A stretch of 64,000 nt of DNA from Rebecca billardiae RCC1528 (GCA_965240325.2 OZ251225.1:2480001-2544000); one strand, 5' to 3'. Shown: positions 24,436 through 38,602, numbered from the stretch's first letter. The notes: generated by a model not told the origin, from the letters alone. Translations and numbers: made by a program.

Positions 24436-24972
24436 GGGCGGCGGGCTCGGCGGCGGCGACGGCGGTGGTGGCGGTGGCGAGCTGGGCGGCGGCGGCGACG
24501 GCGGCGGCGATGGCGGCGGCGGCGGCGGCGGGCTCGGCGGTGGCGGCGACGGAGGCGGGCTCGGAGGCGGCGACGGCGGCGGCGGCGGTGGCGAGCTGGG
24601 CGGCGGCGGCGACGGCGGCGGCGATGGCGGCGGCGGCGGCGGCGGAGATGGCGGCGGCGGGCTTGGCGGCGGGCTCGGCGGCGGCGACGGCGGCGGCGGC
24701 GGAGGCGAGCTAGGCGGTGGTGGCGACGGCGGCGGCGATGGCGGCGGCGGCGGCGGCGGAGATGGCGGCGGCGGGCTTGGCGGCGGGCTCGGCGGCGGCG
24801 ACGGCGGCGGCGGCGGAGGCGAGCTAGGCGGTGGTGGCGACGGCGGCGGCGATGGCGGCGGAGGCGGCGGCGGGCTCGGCGGTGGCGGGCTGGGCGGAGG
24901 GCTCGGCGGCGGCGACGGCGGTGGCGGAGGCGGCGAGCTGGGCGGCGGCGGCGACGGCGGCGGCGATGGCGG

Positions 24973-25005
<33 letters not shown>

Positions 25006-25656
25006 GGGCGGCGGGCTCGGCGGCGGCGACGGCGGTGGTGGCGGTGGCGAGCTGGGTGGCGGAGGTGACGGTGGTGGCGATGGCGGCGGGGGCGGCGGCG
25101 GAGATGGCGGTGGCGGAGACGGAGGCGGGCTCGGCGGTGGCGATGGTGGTGGCGGAGGTGGCGAGCTGGGCGGCGGCGGAGACGGCGGCGGTGACGGCGG
25201 CGGTGGCGGCGGCGGAGATGGCGGCGGCGGGCTGGGAGGCGGGCTCGGCGGTGGCGAAGGCGGTGGCGGAGGCGGCGAGCTGGGCGGCGGCGGCGACGGC
25301 GGCGGCGATGGCGGCGGTGGCGGCGGCGGGCTCGGCGGTGGCGGAGACGGAGGCGGGCTCGGAGGCGGCGACGGCGGCGGCGGAGGCGGCGAGCTGGGTG
25401 GCGGCGGAGACGGCGGCGGTGACGGCGGCGGCGGCGGCGGCGGAGATGGCGGCGGCGGGCTGGGGGGCGGGCTCGGCGGCGGCGACGGCGGTGGCGGCGG
25501 TGGCGAGCTGGGCGGTGGTGGCGACGGAGGCGGCGATGGCGGCGGCGGCGGCGGCGGGCTCGGCGGTGGCGGAGACGGAGGCGGGCTCGGAGGCGGCGAC
25601 GGCGGTGGCGGTGGCGGCAAGCTGGGCGGTGGAGGCGACGGCGGTGGCGATGGCGG

Positions 25657-25689
<33 letters not shown>

Positions 25690-28600
25690 GGGCGGCGGGC
25701 TCGGCGGCGGCGACGGCGGTGGTGGCGGTGGCGAGCTGGGTGGCGGAGGTGACGGTGGTGGCGATGGCGGCGGGGGCGGCGGCGGAGATGGCGGTGGCGG
25801 AGACGGAGGCGGGCTCGGCGGTGGCGATGGTGGTGGCGGAGGTGGCGAGCTGGGCGGCGGCGGAGACGGCGGCGGTGACGGCGGCGGTGGCGGCGGCGGA
25901 GATGGCGGCGGCGGGCTGGGAGGCGGGCTCGGCGGTGGCGAAGGCGGTGGCGGAGGCGGCGAGCTGGGCGGCGGCGGCGACGGCGGCGGCGATGGCGGCG
26001 GTGGCGGCGGCGGGCTCGGCGGTGGCGGAGACGGAGGCGGGCTCGGAGGCGGCGACGGCGGCGGCGGAGGCGGCGAGCTGGGTGGCGGCGGAGACGGCGG
26101 CGGTGACGGCGGCGGCGGCGGCGGCGGAGATGGCGGCGGCGGGCTGGGGGGCGGGCTCGGCGGCGGCGACGGCGGTGGCGGCGGTGGCGAGCTGGGCGGT
26201 GGTGGCGACGGAGGCGGCGATGGCGGCGGCGGCGGCGGCGGGCTCGGCGGTGGCGGAGACGGAGGCGGGCTCGGAGGCGGCGACGGCGGTGGCGGTGGCG
26301 GCAAGCTGGGCGGTGGAGGCGACGGCGGTGGCGATGGTGGCGGAGGGGGCGGCGGGCTCGGCGGTGGCGGGCTTGGCGGCGGGCTCGGCGGCGGGCTCGG
26401 CGGCGGCGGCGGCGGCGAGCTCGGCGGCGGGCTTGGAGGCGGAGGCGGCGGCAAGCTCGGTGGCGGACTCGGCGGCGGGCAGGGCAGCTTGGTGTGGAGC
26501 GCGTCGAGCACGACGTTCACCTTCTCCACGTCCGTCTGGTACGCCTCGGACGGCAGACGCATCACGTTGTCCACCATCGTGATCACCTGGCACTTGGTCA
26601 GCGGGTAGTCGTAGCCCGGGTGCGCCGCGTTGAGCACGGCCGCGACCGCGGTGCGCGAGAGCTGCCACCAGGCGTCGCCATTGGCATTCTCGCTGCGTGC
26701 GGCCTGCTGCATCACCTCGAGCAGCTGCCACGCGCCCTCCACCACGCGGTCGTACCACCCCGACTCCGCCTGCGTCACGTGGAAGAAGTCGTTGAACGAG
26801 ATGTTGGTAACGAGCCCCGCGGCGGCCCACCATTCCGTGACGTTCTGCCAGACCGCGGCCGAGCATGCCTCCTTCCCCTGCTCGATCAGCTTGTCGTAGG
26901 TGCTCTCGTTGACGGGCGGCTCGAGGAAGGACTCGAGCTCGGTCTCGTTGAAGAAGCTGTCAATCGGGCACTGCGTGACCGTGCTCTCCCCCGCGAAGAA
27001 GATGTTGCGCCTGCGCGTGCGGCGAGCGGCGAGCGGCGCGCGGAGAGGTGAGTTGCGCAAGGGTTGTTGGTGTCGCGCGCGGCCTCGGCACGCGCGAGCG
27101 CTCACCCTCCGAGAGTGCCGCAGTTGGCCTGCGCTCGACGAGCGTGCGCGCGGCGCGGGTAGGGGGCGGGTGCGGTGAGTGTCGCGACGCGGCCGTCGGT
27201 CAGGCGCGCGACGGCGGCACGGCGGCGCGTGCGCTCACCTTGGTGCACGGCGTGTGCATCGAGAAGTGGATCCGCTCGATGCCGCTGGCGTTGTGCCACA
27301 CGAGGGTGATGGCCGTCCTCTTCTGCACGGACGTGAGGAGGTACTGCTCGTCCTCCGGGTTGGGCGCGTCCTCCGGCTCCTTGGACGTCACGTACAGCTC
27401 GCCCACTTCGCAGTCGGTGATCTGGGGGTACGCCACCTCGTCCGCCACGCCGTCGGGCCGCACGGCGACGCGCTTCAGCGTGTCCTCGCTGACGAGGCCC
27501 GGGTACGCCGGGTTGGGCCCGTCGCGCAGCATGTCCGTCGGGAAGCACAGAATCTCGGTCGTCTGCACAGGGTCGTTCGAGCGCCCCCGGAGGTTGTCGA
27601 CGTCGAAGATGGTGAGCGAGATGGTCGGCACGTCGTACACGGGCGTGAACGTGCCGTCGAATTCTCCGCTCGCGTTCTTGCCCATGCGGCCGACCTGGAG
27701 CTCATAGTTGGTGCGCACGCGATCCGCGTTGCTCGGATCGTTCCGGTCAAAGAACTGCTGGTTGAGCGAGCCGAACGGCGAGTTGTCGATGCTGCCGTCG
27801 ATGATCGGAAACTTGCCGTTCTTCCTCGTGTTGTGCGGGATGTACTCGTTGAGCGCGGTGAGGCGGAGGGCGAGCAGCTCGCAGTTGTGCGAGAGGATGT
27901 TGTCCCAGATCATGAAGTTGTTCTCCGCCATGCAGTTCTGCTGCGGGCACGGAGCCCCGCTTCTGCTGTCGTCAAACGGGATGGTCGCAGCGAGCCAGTC
28001 GAGCCGCGGGTGCGTGATGGGCGTGCAGCTCGAAAACTGCGGGGGCGGCGGTGGTGGGGAGGGCGGAGGCGACGGAGGCGGGCTCGGCGGCGGCGACGGC
28101 GGTGGCGGCGGTGGCGGGCTGGGCGGTGGTGGCGACGGCGGCGGCGATGGCGGTGGCGGCGGTGGCGAGCTGGGCGGCGGCGGCGAGGGCGGCGGCGATG
28201 GCGGGGGCGGCGGCGGCGGGCTCGGCGGTGGCGGGCTTGGCGGAGGGCTTGGCGGCGGCGACGGCGGTGGCGGCGGCGGCGAGCTGGGCGGTGGTGGCGA
28301 AGGCGGCGGCGATGGTGGTGGTGGCGGCGGCGGGCTCGGCGGTGGCGGAGACGGAGGCGGGCTCGGCGGCGGCGACGGCGGTGGCGGCGGTGGCGAGCTG
28401 GGCGGTGGTGGCGACGGCGGCGGCGATGGCGGCGGGGGCGGCGGCGGAGATGGCGGCGGCGGCGACGGAGGCGGGCTCGGCGGCGGCGACGGCGGTGGCG
28501 GCGGTGGCGAGCTGGGCGGCGGCGGCGACGGCGGCGGCGATGGCGGCGGTGGCGGCGGCGGAGATGGCGGCGGCGGCGACGGAGGCGGGCTCGGCGGCGG

Positions 28601-28888
28601 CGACGGCGGTGGCGGCGGTGGCAAGCTGGGCGGCGGCGGCGACGGCGGCGGCGATGGCGGCGGTGGCGGCGGCGGAGATGGCGGCGGCGGGCTGGGAGGC
28701 GGGCTCGGCGGTGGCGACGGCGGTGGCGGAGGCGGGGAGCTGGGTGGTGGCGGCGATGGCGGTGGCGATGGCGGCGGCGGCGGCGGCGGGCTCGGCGGTG
28801 GCGGGCTCGGGGGCGGGCTCGGCGGTGGCGACGGCGGTGGCGGCGGTGGCGAGCTGGGTGGCGGCGGCGACGGCGGCGGCGATGGCGG

Positions 28889-28921
<33 letters not shown>

Positions 28922-29572
28922 GGGAGGCGGGCTCGGCGGTGGCGACGGCGGTGGCGGAGGCGGCGAGCTGGGCGGCGGCGGCGACGGCGGTGGCGATGGC
29001 GGCGGTGGCGGTGGCGGAGATGGCGGCGGCGGGCTGGGAGGCGGGCTCGGCGGTGGCGAAGGCGGTGGCGGAGGCGGCGAGCTGGGCGGTGGTGGCGATG
29101 GCGGCGGCGATGGCGGCGGCGGCGGCGGGGGGCTCGGCGGTGGCGGGCTCGGCGGCGGGCTCGGCGGCGGCGACGGTGGTGGCGGAGGCGGCGAGCTGGG
29201 CGGCGGCGGAGACGGCGGCGGTGACGGCGGCGGCGGCGGCGGCGGAGATGGCGGCGGCGGGCTGGGCGGCGGGCTGGGCGGCGGCGACGGCGGTGGCGGC
29301 GGTGGCGAGCTGGGCGGTGGTGGCGACGGCGGCGGCGATGGCGGCGGTGGCGGCGGCGGAGATGGCGGCGGCGGGCTGGGAGGCGGGCTCGGCGGTGGCG
29401 ACGGCGGTGGCGGAGGCGGGGAGCTGGGTGGTGGCGGCGATGGCGGTGGCGATGGCGGCGGCGGCGGCGGCGGGCTCGGCGGTGGCGGGCTCGGGGGCGG
29501 GCTCGGCGGTGGCGACGGCGGTGGCGGCGGTGGCGAGCTGGGTGGCGGCGGCGACGGCGGCGGCGATGGCGG

Positions 29573-29605
<33 letters not shown>

Positions 29606-32600
29606 GGGAGGCGGGCTCGGCGGTGGCGACGGCGGTGGCGGAGGCGGCGAGCTGGGCGGCGGCGGCGACGGCGGCGGCGATGGCGGCGGTGGCGGCGGCG
29701 GAGATGGCGGCGGCGGGCTGGGAGGCGGGCTCGGCGGTGGCGAAGGCGGTGGCGGAGGCGGCGAGCTGGGCGGTGGTGGCGATGGCGGCGGCGATGGCGG
29801 CGGCGGCGGCGGGGGGCTCGGCGGTGGCGGGCTGGGCGGCGGGCTCGGCGGCGGCGACGGTGGTGGCGGAGGCGGCGAGCTGGGCGGCGGCGGAGACGGC
29901 GGCGGTGACGGCGGCGGCGGCGGCGGCGGAGATGGCGGCGGCGGGCTGGGCGGCGGGCTCGGCGGTGGCGACGGCGGTGGCGGAGGCGGCGAGCTGGGCG
30001 GCGGCGGCGACGGCGGCGGCGATGGCGGCGGTGGCGGCGGCGGAGATGGCGGCGGCGGGCTGGGAGGCGGGCTCGGCGGTGGCGAAGGCGGTGGCGGAGG
30101 CGGCGAGCTGGGCGGTGGTGGCGACGGCGGCGGCGATGGCGGCGGCGGCGGCGGCGGGCTCGGCGGTGGCGGAGACGGCGGCGGGCTTGGGGGCGGCGAC
30201 GGCGGTGGCGGCGGTGGCGAGCTGGGCGGTGGTGGCGACGGCGGCGGCGATGGCGGCGGCGGCGGCGGCGGGCTCGGCGGTGGCGGGCTTGGCGGAGGGC
30301 TCGGCGGCGGCGACGGCGGTGGCGGCGGTGGCGAGCTGGGCGGTGGTGGCGACGGCGGCGGCGATGGCGGCGGCGGCGGCGGCGGGCTCGGCGGAGGCGG
30401 AGACGGCGGCGGGCTTGGGGGCGGCGACGGCGGTGGCGGCGGTGGCGAGCTGGGCGGTGGTGGCGACGGCGGCGGTGATGGCGGCGGCGGCGGCGGCGGG
30501 CTCGGCGGTGGCGGAGACGGCGGCGGGCTTGGGGGCGGCGACGGCGGTGGCGGCGGTGGCGAGCTGGGCGGTGGTGGCGACGGCGGCGGCGATGGCGGCG
30601 GCGGCGGCGGCGGGCTCGGCGGTGGCGGGCTTGGCGGAGGGCTCGGCGGCGGCGACGGCGGTGGCGGCGGTGGCGAGCTGGGCGGTGGTGGCGACGGCGG
30701 CGGCGATGGCGGCGGCGGCGGCGGCGGGCTCGGCGGAGGCGGAGACGGCGGCGGGCTTGGGGGCGGCGACGGCGGTGGCGGCGGTGGCGAGCTGGGCGGT
30801 GGTGGCGACGGCGGCGGTGATGGCGGCGGCGGCGGCGGCGGGCTCGGCGGTGGCGGAGACGGCGGCGGGCTTGGGGGCGGCGACGGCGGTGGCGGCGGTG
30901 GCGAGCTGGGCGGTGGTGGCGACGGCGGCGGCGATGGCGGCGGTGGCGGCGGCGGAGATGGCGGCGGCGGGCTGGGAGGCGGGCTCGGCGGTGGCGACGG
31001 CGGTGGCGGAGGCGGCGAGCTGGGCGGCGGCGGCGACGGCGGCGGCGATGGCGGCGGTGGCGGCGGCGGAGATGGCGGCGGCGGGCTGGGAGGCGGGCTC
31101 GGCGGTGGCGACGGCGGTGGCGGAGGCGGCGAGCTGGGCGGTGGTGGCGAAGGCGGCGGCGATGGCGGCGGCGGCGGCGGCGGGCTCGGCGGTGGCGGGC
31201 TGGGCGGCGGGCTCGGCGGTGGCGACGGTGGTGGCGGAGGCGGGGAGCTGGGTGGTGGTGGCGACGGCGGCGGCGATGGCGGCGGCGGCGGCGGCGGGCT
31301 CGGCGGTGGCGGAGACGGCGGCGGGCTTGGGGGCGGCGACGGCGGTGGCGGCGGTGGCGAGCTGGGCGGTGGTGGCGACGGCGGCGGCGATGGCGGCGGC
31401 GGCGGCGGCGGGCTCGGCGGTGGCGGAGACGGCGGCGGGCTTGGGGGCGGCGACGGCGGTGGCGGCGGTGGCGAGCTGGGCGGTGGTGGCGACGGCGGCG
31501 GCGATGGCGGCGGCGGCGGCGGCGGGCTCGGCGGTGGCGGAGACGGCGGCGGGCTTGGGGGCGGCGACGGCGGTGGCGGCGGTGGCGAGCTGGGCGGTGG
31601 TGGCGACGGCGGCGGCGATGGCGGCGGCGGCGGCGGCGGGCTCGGCGGTGGCGGAGACGGCGGCGGGCTTGGGGGCGGCGACGGCGGTGGCGGCGGTGGC
31701 GAGCTGGGCGGTGGTGGCGACGGCGGCGGCGATGGCGGCGGCGGCGGCGGCGGGCTCGGCGGTGGCGGGCTTGGCGGAGGGCTCGGCGGCGGCGACGGCG
31801 GTGGCGGCGGTGGCGAGCTGGGCGGTGGTGGCGACGGCGGCGGCGATGGCGGCGGCGGCGGCGGCGGGCTCGGCGGTGGAGGGCTCGGCGGCGGGCTCGG
31901 CGGTGGCGACGGCGGTGGCGGCGGTGGCGAGCTGGGCGGTGGTGGCGACGGTGGCGGCGATGGCGGCGGCGGCGGCGGCGGGCTTGGCGGCGGCGGGCTG
32001 GGCGGTGGGCTCGGCGGCGGCGACGGCGGTGGTGGCGGTGGCGAGCTGGGCGGTGGTGGCGACGGCGGCGGCGATGGCGGCGGCGGCGGCGGCGGGCTCG
32101 GCGGTGGCGGAGACGGCGGCGGGCTTGGGGGCGGCGACGGCGGTGGCGGCGGTGGCGAGCTGGGCGGTGGTGGCGACGGCGGCGGCGATGGCGGCGGCGG
32201 CGGCGGCGGGCTCGGCGGTGGCGGGCTTGGCGGAGGGCTCGGCGGCGGCGACGGCGGTGGCGGCGGTGGCGAGCTGGGCGGTGGTGGCGACGGTGGCGGC
32301 GATGGCGGCGGCGGCGGCGGCGGGCTCGGCGGTGGCGGAGACGGAGGCGGGCTCGGCGGCGGTGACGGCGGTGGCGGAGGCGGCGAGCTGGGCGGTGGTG
32401 GCGAAGGCGGCGGCGATGGTGGTGGCGGGGGCGGCGGGCTCGGTGGTGGCGGGCTCGGAGGGGGAGAAGGCGGCGGTGACGGTGGAGGCGGCGGAGGAGG
32501 GCTCGGTGGTGGCGGGCTCGGCGGTGGAGATGGCGGCGGTGATGGTGGTGGCGGCGGCGGCGGGCTCGGGGGCGGCGGGCTGGGCGGCGGGCTCGGCGGC

Positions 32601-33700
32601 GGCGACGGCGGTGGTGGCGGTGGCGAGCTGGGCGGTGGCGGCGACGGCGGCGGCGATGGCGGCGGCGGCGGCGGCGGGCTCGGCGGTGGAGGGCTGGGCG
32701 GCGGGCTCGGCGGTGGCGACGGCGGTGGCGGCGGTGGCGAGCTGGGCGGTGGTGGCGACGGTGGCGGCGATGGCGGCGGCGGCGGCGGCGGGCTCGGCGG
32801 TGGCGGAGACGGAGGCGGGCTCGGCGGCGGTGACGGCGGTGGCGGAGGCGGCGAGCTGGGCGGTGGTGGCGAAGGCGGCGGCGATGGTGGTGGCGGGGGC
32901 GGCGGGCTCGGTGGTGGCGGGCTCGGAGGGGGAGAAGGCGGCGGTGACGGTGGAGGCGGCGGAGGAGGGCTCGGTGGTGGCGGGCTCGGCGGTGGAGATG
33001 GCGGCGGTGATGGTGGTGGCGGCGGCGGCGGGCTCGGGGGCGGCGGGCTGGGCGGCGGGCTCGGAGGCGGCGACGGCGGTGGCGGCGGTGGCGAGCTGGG
33101 CGGTGGTGGCGACGGCGGCGGCGATGGCGGCGGCGGCGGCGGCGGGCTCGGCGGTGGCGGGCTGGGCGGCGGGCTCGGCGGTGGCGACGGCGGTGGCGGA
33201 GGCGGCGAGCTGGGCGGCGGCGGCGACGGCGGCGGCGAAGGCGGCGGTGGCGGCGGCGGAGATGGCGGCGGCGGCGACGGAGGCGGGCTCGGCGGCGGCG
33301 ACGGCGGTGGCGGAGGCGGCGAGCTGGGTGGCGGCGGCGACGGCGGTGGTGATGGCGGCGGCGGCGGCGGCGGAGATGGCGGCGGCGGGCTGGGAGGCGG
33401 GCTCGGCGGTGGCGACGGCGGTGGCGGCGGTGGCGAGCTGGGCGGTGGCGGCGAAGGCGGCGGCGATGGCGGCGGTGGCGGCGGCGGAGACGGCGGTGGC
33501 GGGCTTGGCGGAGGGCTCGGCGGCGGCGACGGCGGTGGCGGCGGTGGCGAGCTGGGCGGTGGTGGCGACGGCGGCGGCGAAGGCGGCGGCGGCGGCGGCG
33601 GAGATGGCGGTGGCGGGCTCGGGGGCGGGCTCGGCGGCGGCGACGGCGGTGGCGGCGGTGGCGAACTGGGCGGTGGCGGCGACGGCGGCGGCGATGGCGG

Positions 33701-33733
<33 letters not shown>

Positions 33734-34954
33734 GGGCGGCGGGCTCGGCGGCGGCGACGGCGGTGGCGGCGGTGGCGAGCTGGGCGGTGGTGGCGACGGA
33801 GGCGGCGATGGCGGCGGCGGCGGCGGCGGGCTCGGCGGTGGCGGGCTTGGCGGAGGGCTCGGCGGCGGCGACGGTGGTGGCGGCGGTGGCGAGCTGGGCG
33901 GTGGTGGCGACGGCGGCGGCGATGGCGGCGGTGGAGGCGGCGGGCTCGGCGGTGGCGGAGACGGCGGCGGGCTTGGGGGCGGCGACGGCGGTGGCGGCGG
34001 TGGCGAGCTGGGCGGTGGTGGCGACGGCGGCGGCGATGGCGGCGGCGGCGGCGGCGGGCTCGGCGGTGGCGGGCTTGGCGGAGGGCTCGGCGGCGGCGAC
34101 GGCGGTGGCGGCGGCGGCGAGCTGGGCGGTGGTGGCGACGGCGGCGGCGATGGCGGCGGCGGCGGCGGCGGGCTCGGCGGTGGCGGGCTTGGCGGAGGGC
34201 TTGGCGGCGGCGACGGCGGTGGCGGCGGCGGCGAGCTGGGCGGTGGTGGCGACGGCGGCGGCGATGGCGGCGGCGGCGGCGGCGGAGATGGCGGCGGCGG
34301 GCTGGGCGGCGGGCTCGGAGGCGGCGACGGCGGTGGCGGCGGTGGCGAGCTGGGCGGTGGTGGCGACGGCGGCGGCGATGGCGGCGGCGGCGGCGGCGGG
34401 CTCGGCGGTGGCGGGCTGGGCGGCGGGCTCGGCGGTGGCGACGGCGGTGGCGGCGGTGGCGAGCTGGGCGGTGGTGGCGACGGCGGCGGCGATGGCGGCG
34501 GCGGCGGCGGCGGGCTCGGCGGTGGCGGGCTGGGCGGCGGGCTCGGCGGTGGCGACGGCGGTGGCGGCGGTGGCGAGCTGGGCGGTGGTGGCGACGGCGG
34601 CGGCGAGGGCGGCGGCGGCGGCGGCGGAGATGGCGGTGGCGGGCTCGGGGGCGGGCTCGGCGGTGGCGAAGGCGGTGGCGGCGGTGGCGAGCTGGGTGGT
34701 GGTGGCGACGGCGGCGGCGATGGCGGCGGCGGCGGCGGCGGGCTCGGCGGTGGCGGAGACGGCGGCGGGCTTGGGGGCGGCGACGGCGGTGGCGGCGGTG
34801 GCGAGCTGGGCGGTGGTGGCGACGGCGGCGGCGAAGGCGGCGGCGGCGGCGGCGGAGATGGCGGTGGCGGGCTCGGGGGCGGGCTCGGCGGCGGCGACGG
34901 CGGTGGCGGCGGTGGCGAACTGGGCGGTGGCGGCGACGGCGGCGGCGATGGCGG

Positions 34955-34987
<33 letters not shown>

Positions 34988-37804
34988 GGGCGGCGGGCTC
35001 GGCGGCGGCGACGGCGGTGGCGGCGGTGGCGAGCTGGGCGGTGGTGGCGACGGCGGCGGCGATGGCGGCGGCGGCGGGGGGGGGCTCGGCGGTGGCGGGC
35101 TGGGCGGCGGGCTCGGCGGTGGCGACGGCGGTGGCGGCGGTGGCGAGCTGGGCGGTGGTGGCGACGGCGGCGGCGATGGCGGCGGCGGCGGCGGCGGGCT
35201 CGGCGGTGGCGGGCTTGGCGGAGGGCTCGGCGGCGGCGACGGCGGTGGCGGCGGTGGCGAGCTGGGCGGTGGTGGCGACGGCGGCGGCGAAGGCGGCGGC
35301 GGCGGCGGCGGAGATGGCGGTGGCGGGCTCGGGGGCGGGCTCGGCGGTGGCGAAGGCGGTGGCGGAGGCGGCGAGCTGGGCGGCGGCGGCGACGGCGGCG
35401 GCGATGGCGGCGGCGGCGGCGGCGGGCTCGGCGGTGGCGGAGACGGCGGCGGGCTTGGGGGCGGCGACGGCGGTGGCGGCGGTGGCGAGCTGGGCGGTGG
35501 TGGCGACGGCGGCGGCGATGGCGGCGGCGGCGGCGGCGGGCTCGGCGGTGGCGGGCTGGGCGGCGGGCTCGGCGGCGGCGACGGCGGTGGCGGCGGTGGC
35601 GAGCTGGGCGGCGGCGGAGAGGGCGGTGGCGAGGGCGGCGGTGGCGGCGGCGGAGATGGCGGTGGCGGGCTCGGGGGCGGGCTCGGCGGTGGCGAAGGCG
35701 GTGGCGGAGGCGGCGAGCTGGGCGGCGGCGGCGACGGCGGCGGCGATGGCGGCGGCGGCGGCGGCGGGCTCGGCGGTGGTGGAGACGGCGGCGGGCTTGG
35801 GGGCGGCGACGGCGGTGGCGGCGGTGGCGAGCTGGGCGGTGGTGGCGACGGCGGCGGCGATGGCGGCGGCGGCGGCGGCGGGCTCGGCGGTGGCGGAGAC
35901 GGCGGCGGGCTTGGGGGCGGCGACGGCGGTGGCGGCGGTGGCGAGCTGGGCGGTGGTGGCGACGGCGGCGGCGAAGGCGGCGGCGGCGGCGGCGGGCTCG
36001 GCGGTGGCGGGCTCGGGGGCGGGCTCGGCGGCGGCGACGGCGGTGGCGGCGGTGGCGAACTGGGCGGTGGCGGCGACGGCGGCGGCGATGGCGGCGGCGG
36101 CGGCGGCGGGCTCGGCGGTGGCGGGCTGGGCGGCGGGCTCGGCGGTGGCGACGGCGGTGGCGGCGGTGGCGAGCTGGGCGGTGGTGGCGACGGCGGCGGC
36201 GATGGCGGCGGCGGCGGCGGCGGGCTCGGCGGTGGTGGGCTTGGCGGAGGGCTCGGCGGCGGCGACGGCGGTGGCGGCGGTGGCGAGCTGGGCGGTGGTG
36301 GCGACGGCGGCGGCGATGGCGGCGGCGGCGGCGGCGGGCTCGGCGGTGGCGGAGACGGCGGCGGGCTTGGGGGCGGCGACGGCGGTGGTGGCGGTGGCGA
36401 GCTGGGCGGTGGTGGCGACGGCGGCGGCGATGGCGGCGGCGGCGGCGGCGGGCTCGGCGGTGGCGGGCTTGGCGGAGGGCTCGGCGGCGGCGACGGCGGT
36501 GGCGGCGGTGGCGAGCTGGGCGGTGGTGGCGACGGCGGCGGCGATGGCGGCGGCGGCGGCGGCGGGCTCGGCGGTGGTGGGCTTGGCGGAGGGCTCGGCG
36601 GCGGCGACGGCGGTGGCGGCGGTGGCGAGCTGGGCGGTGGTGGCGACGGCGGCGGCGATGGCGGCGGCGGCGGCGGCGGGCTCGGCGGTGGCGGAGACGG
36701 CGGCGGGCTTGGGGGCGGCGACGGCGGTGGTGGCGGTGGCGAGCTGGGCGGTGGTGGCGACGGCGGCGGCGATGGCGGCGGCGGCGGCGGCGGGCTCGGC
36801 GGTGGCGGGCTTGGCGGAGGGCTCGGCGGCGGCGACGGCGGTGGCGGCGGTGGCGAGCTGGGCGGCGGCGGAGAGGGCGGTGGCGAGGGCGGCGGTGGCG
36901 GCGGCGGAGATGGCGGTGGCGGGCTCGGGGGCGGGCTCGGCGGTGGCGAAGGCGGTGGCGGAGGCGGCGAGCTGGGCGGCGGCGGCGACGGCGGCGGCGA
37001 TGGCGGCGGCGGCGGCGGCGGGCTCGGCGGTGGTGGAGACGGCGGCGGGCTTGGGGGCGGCGACGGCGGTGGCGGCGGTGGCGAGCTGGGCGGTGGTGGC
37101 GACGGCGGCGGCGATGGCGGCGGCGGCGGCGGCGGGCTCGGCGGTGGCGGAGACGGCGGCGGGCTTGGGGGCGGCGACGGCGGTGGCGGCGGTGGCGAGC
37201 TGGGCGGTGGTGGCGACGGCGGCGGCGAAGGCGGCGGCGGCGGCGGCGGGCTCGGCGGTGGCGGGCTCGGGGGCGGGCTCGGCGGCGGCGACGGCGGTGG
37301 CGGCGGTGGCGAACTGGGCGGTGGCGGCGACGGCGGCGGCGATGGCGGCGGCGGCGGCGGCGGGCTCGGCGGTGGCGGGCTGGGCGGCGGGCTCGGCGGT
37401 GGCGACGGCGGTGGCGGCGGTGGCGAGCTGGGCGGTGGTGGCGACGGCGGCGGCGATGGCGGCGGCGGCGGCGGCGGGCTCGGCGGTGGTGGGCTTGGCG
37501 GAGGGCTCGGCGGCGGCGACGGCGGTGGCGGCGGTGGCGAGCTGGGCGGTGGTGGCGACGGCGGCGGCGATGGCGGCGGCGGCGGCGGCGGGCTCGGCGG
37601 TGGCGGAGACGGCGGCGGGCTTGGGGGCGGCGACGGCGGTGGTGGCGGTGGCGAGCTGGGCGGTGGTGGCGACGGCGGCGGCGATGGCGGCGGCGGCGGC
37701 GGCGGGCTCGGCGGTGGCGGGCTTGGCGGAGGGCTCGGCGGCGGCGACGGCGGTGGCGGCGGTGGCGAGCTGGGCGGTGGTGGCGACGGCGGCGGCGATG
37801 GCGG

Positions 37805-37837
<33 letters not shown>

Positions 37838-37918
37838 GGGCGGCGGGCTCGGCGGCGGCGACGGCGGTGGCGGCGGTGGCGAGCTGGGCGGTGGTGGCGA
37901 CGGCGGCGGCGATGGCGG

Positions 37919-37951
<33 letters not shown>

Positions 37952-38602
37952 GGGCGGCGGGCTCGGCGGCGGCGACGGCGGTGGCGGCGGTGGCGAGCTG
38001 GGCGGTGGTGGCGACGGCGGCGGCGATGGCGGCGGCGGCGGCGGCGGGCTCGGCGGTGGCGGGCTTGGCGGAGGGCTCGGCGGCGGCGACGGCGGTGGCG
38101 GCGGTGGCGAGCTGGGCGGTGGCGGCGACGGCGGCGGCGATGGCGGCGGCGGCGGCGGCGGGCTCGGCGGTGGCGGGCTGGGCGGCGGGCTCGGCGGTGG
38201 CGACGGCGGTGGCGGCGGTGGCGAGCTGGGCGGTGGTGGCGACGGCGGCGGCGATGGCGGCGGCGGCGGCGGCGGGCTCGGCGGTGGTGGGCTTGGCGGA
38301 GGGCTCGGCGGCGGCGACGGCGGTGGCGGCGGTGGCGAGCTGGGCGGTGGTGGCGACGGCGGCGGCGATGGCGGCGGCGGCGGCGGCGGGCTCGGCGGTG
38401 GCGGAGACGGCGGCGGGCTTGGGGGCGGCGACGGCGGTGGTGGCGGTGGCGAGCTGGGCGGTGGTGGCGACGGCGGCGGCGATGGCGGCGGCGGCGGCGG
38501 CGGGCTCGGCGGTGGCGGGCTTGGCGGAGGGCTCGGCGGCGGCGACGGCGGTGGCGGCGGTGGCGAGCTGGGCGGTGGTGGCGACGGCGGCGGCGATGGC
38601 GG

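Noticed and set aside
13417-27105. Treating the 4562-aa ORF as a separate gene
   Set aside because: Its apparent start is the GTG of a splice donor, it has no signal peptide, and canonical introns join it in frame to the upstream ORF.
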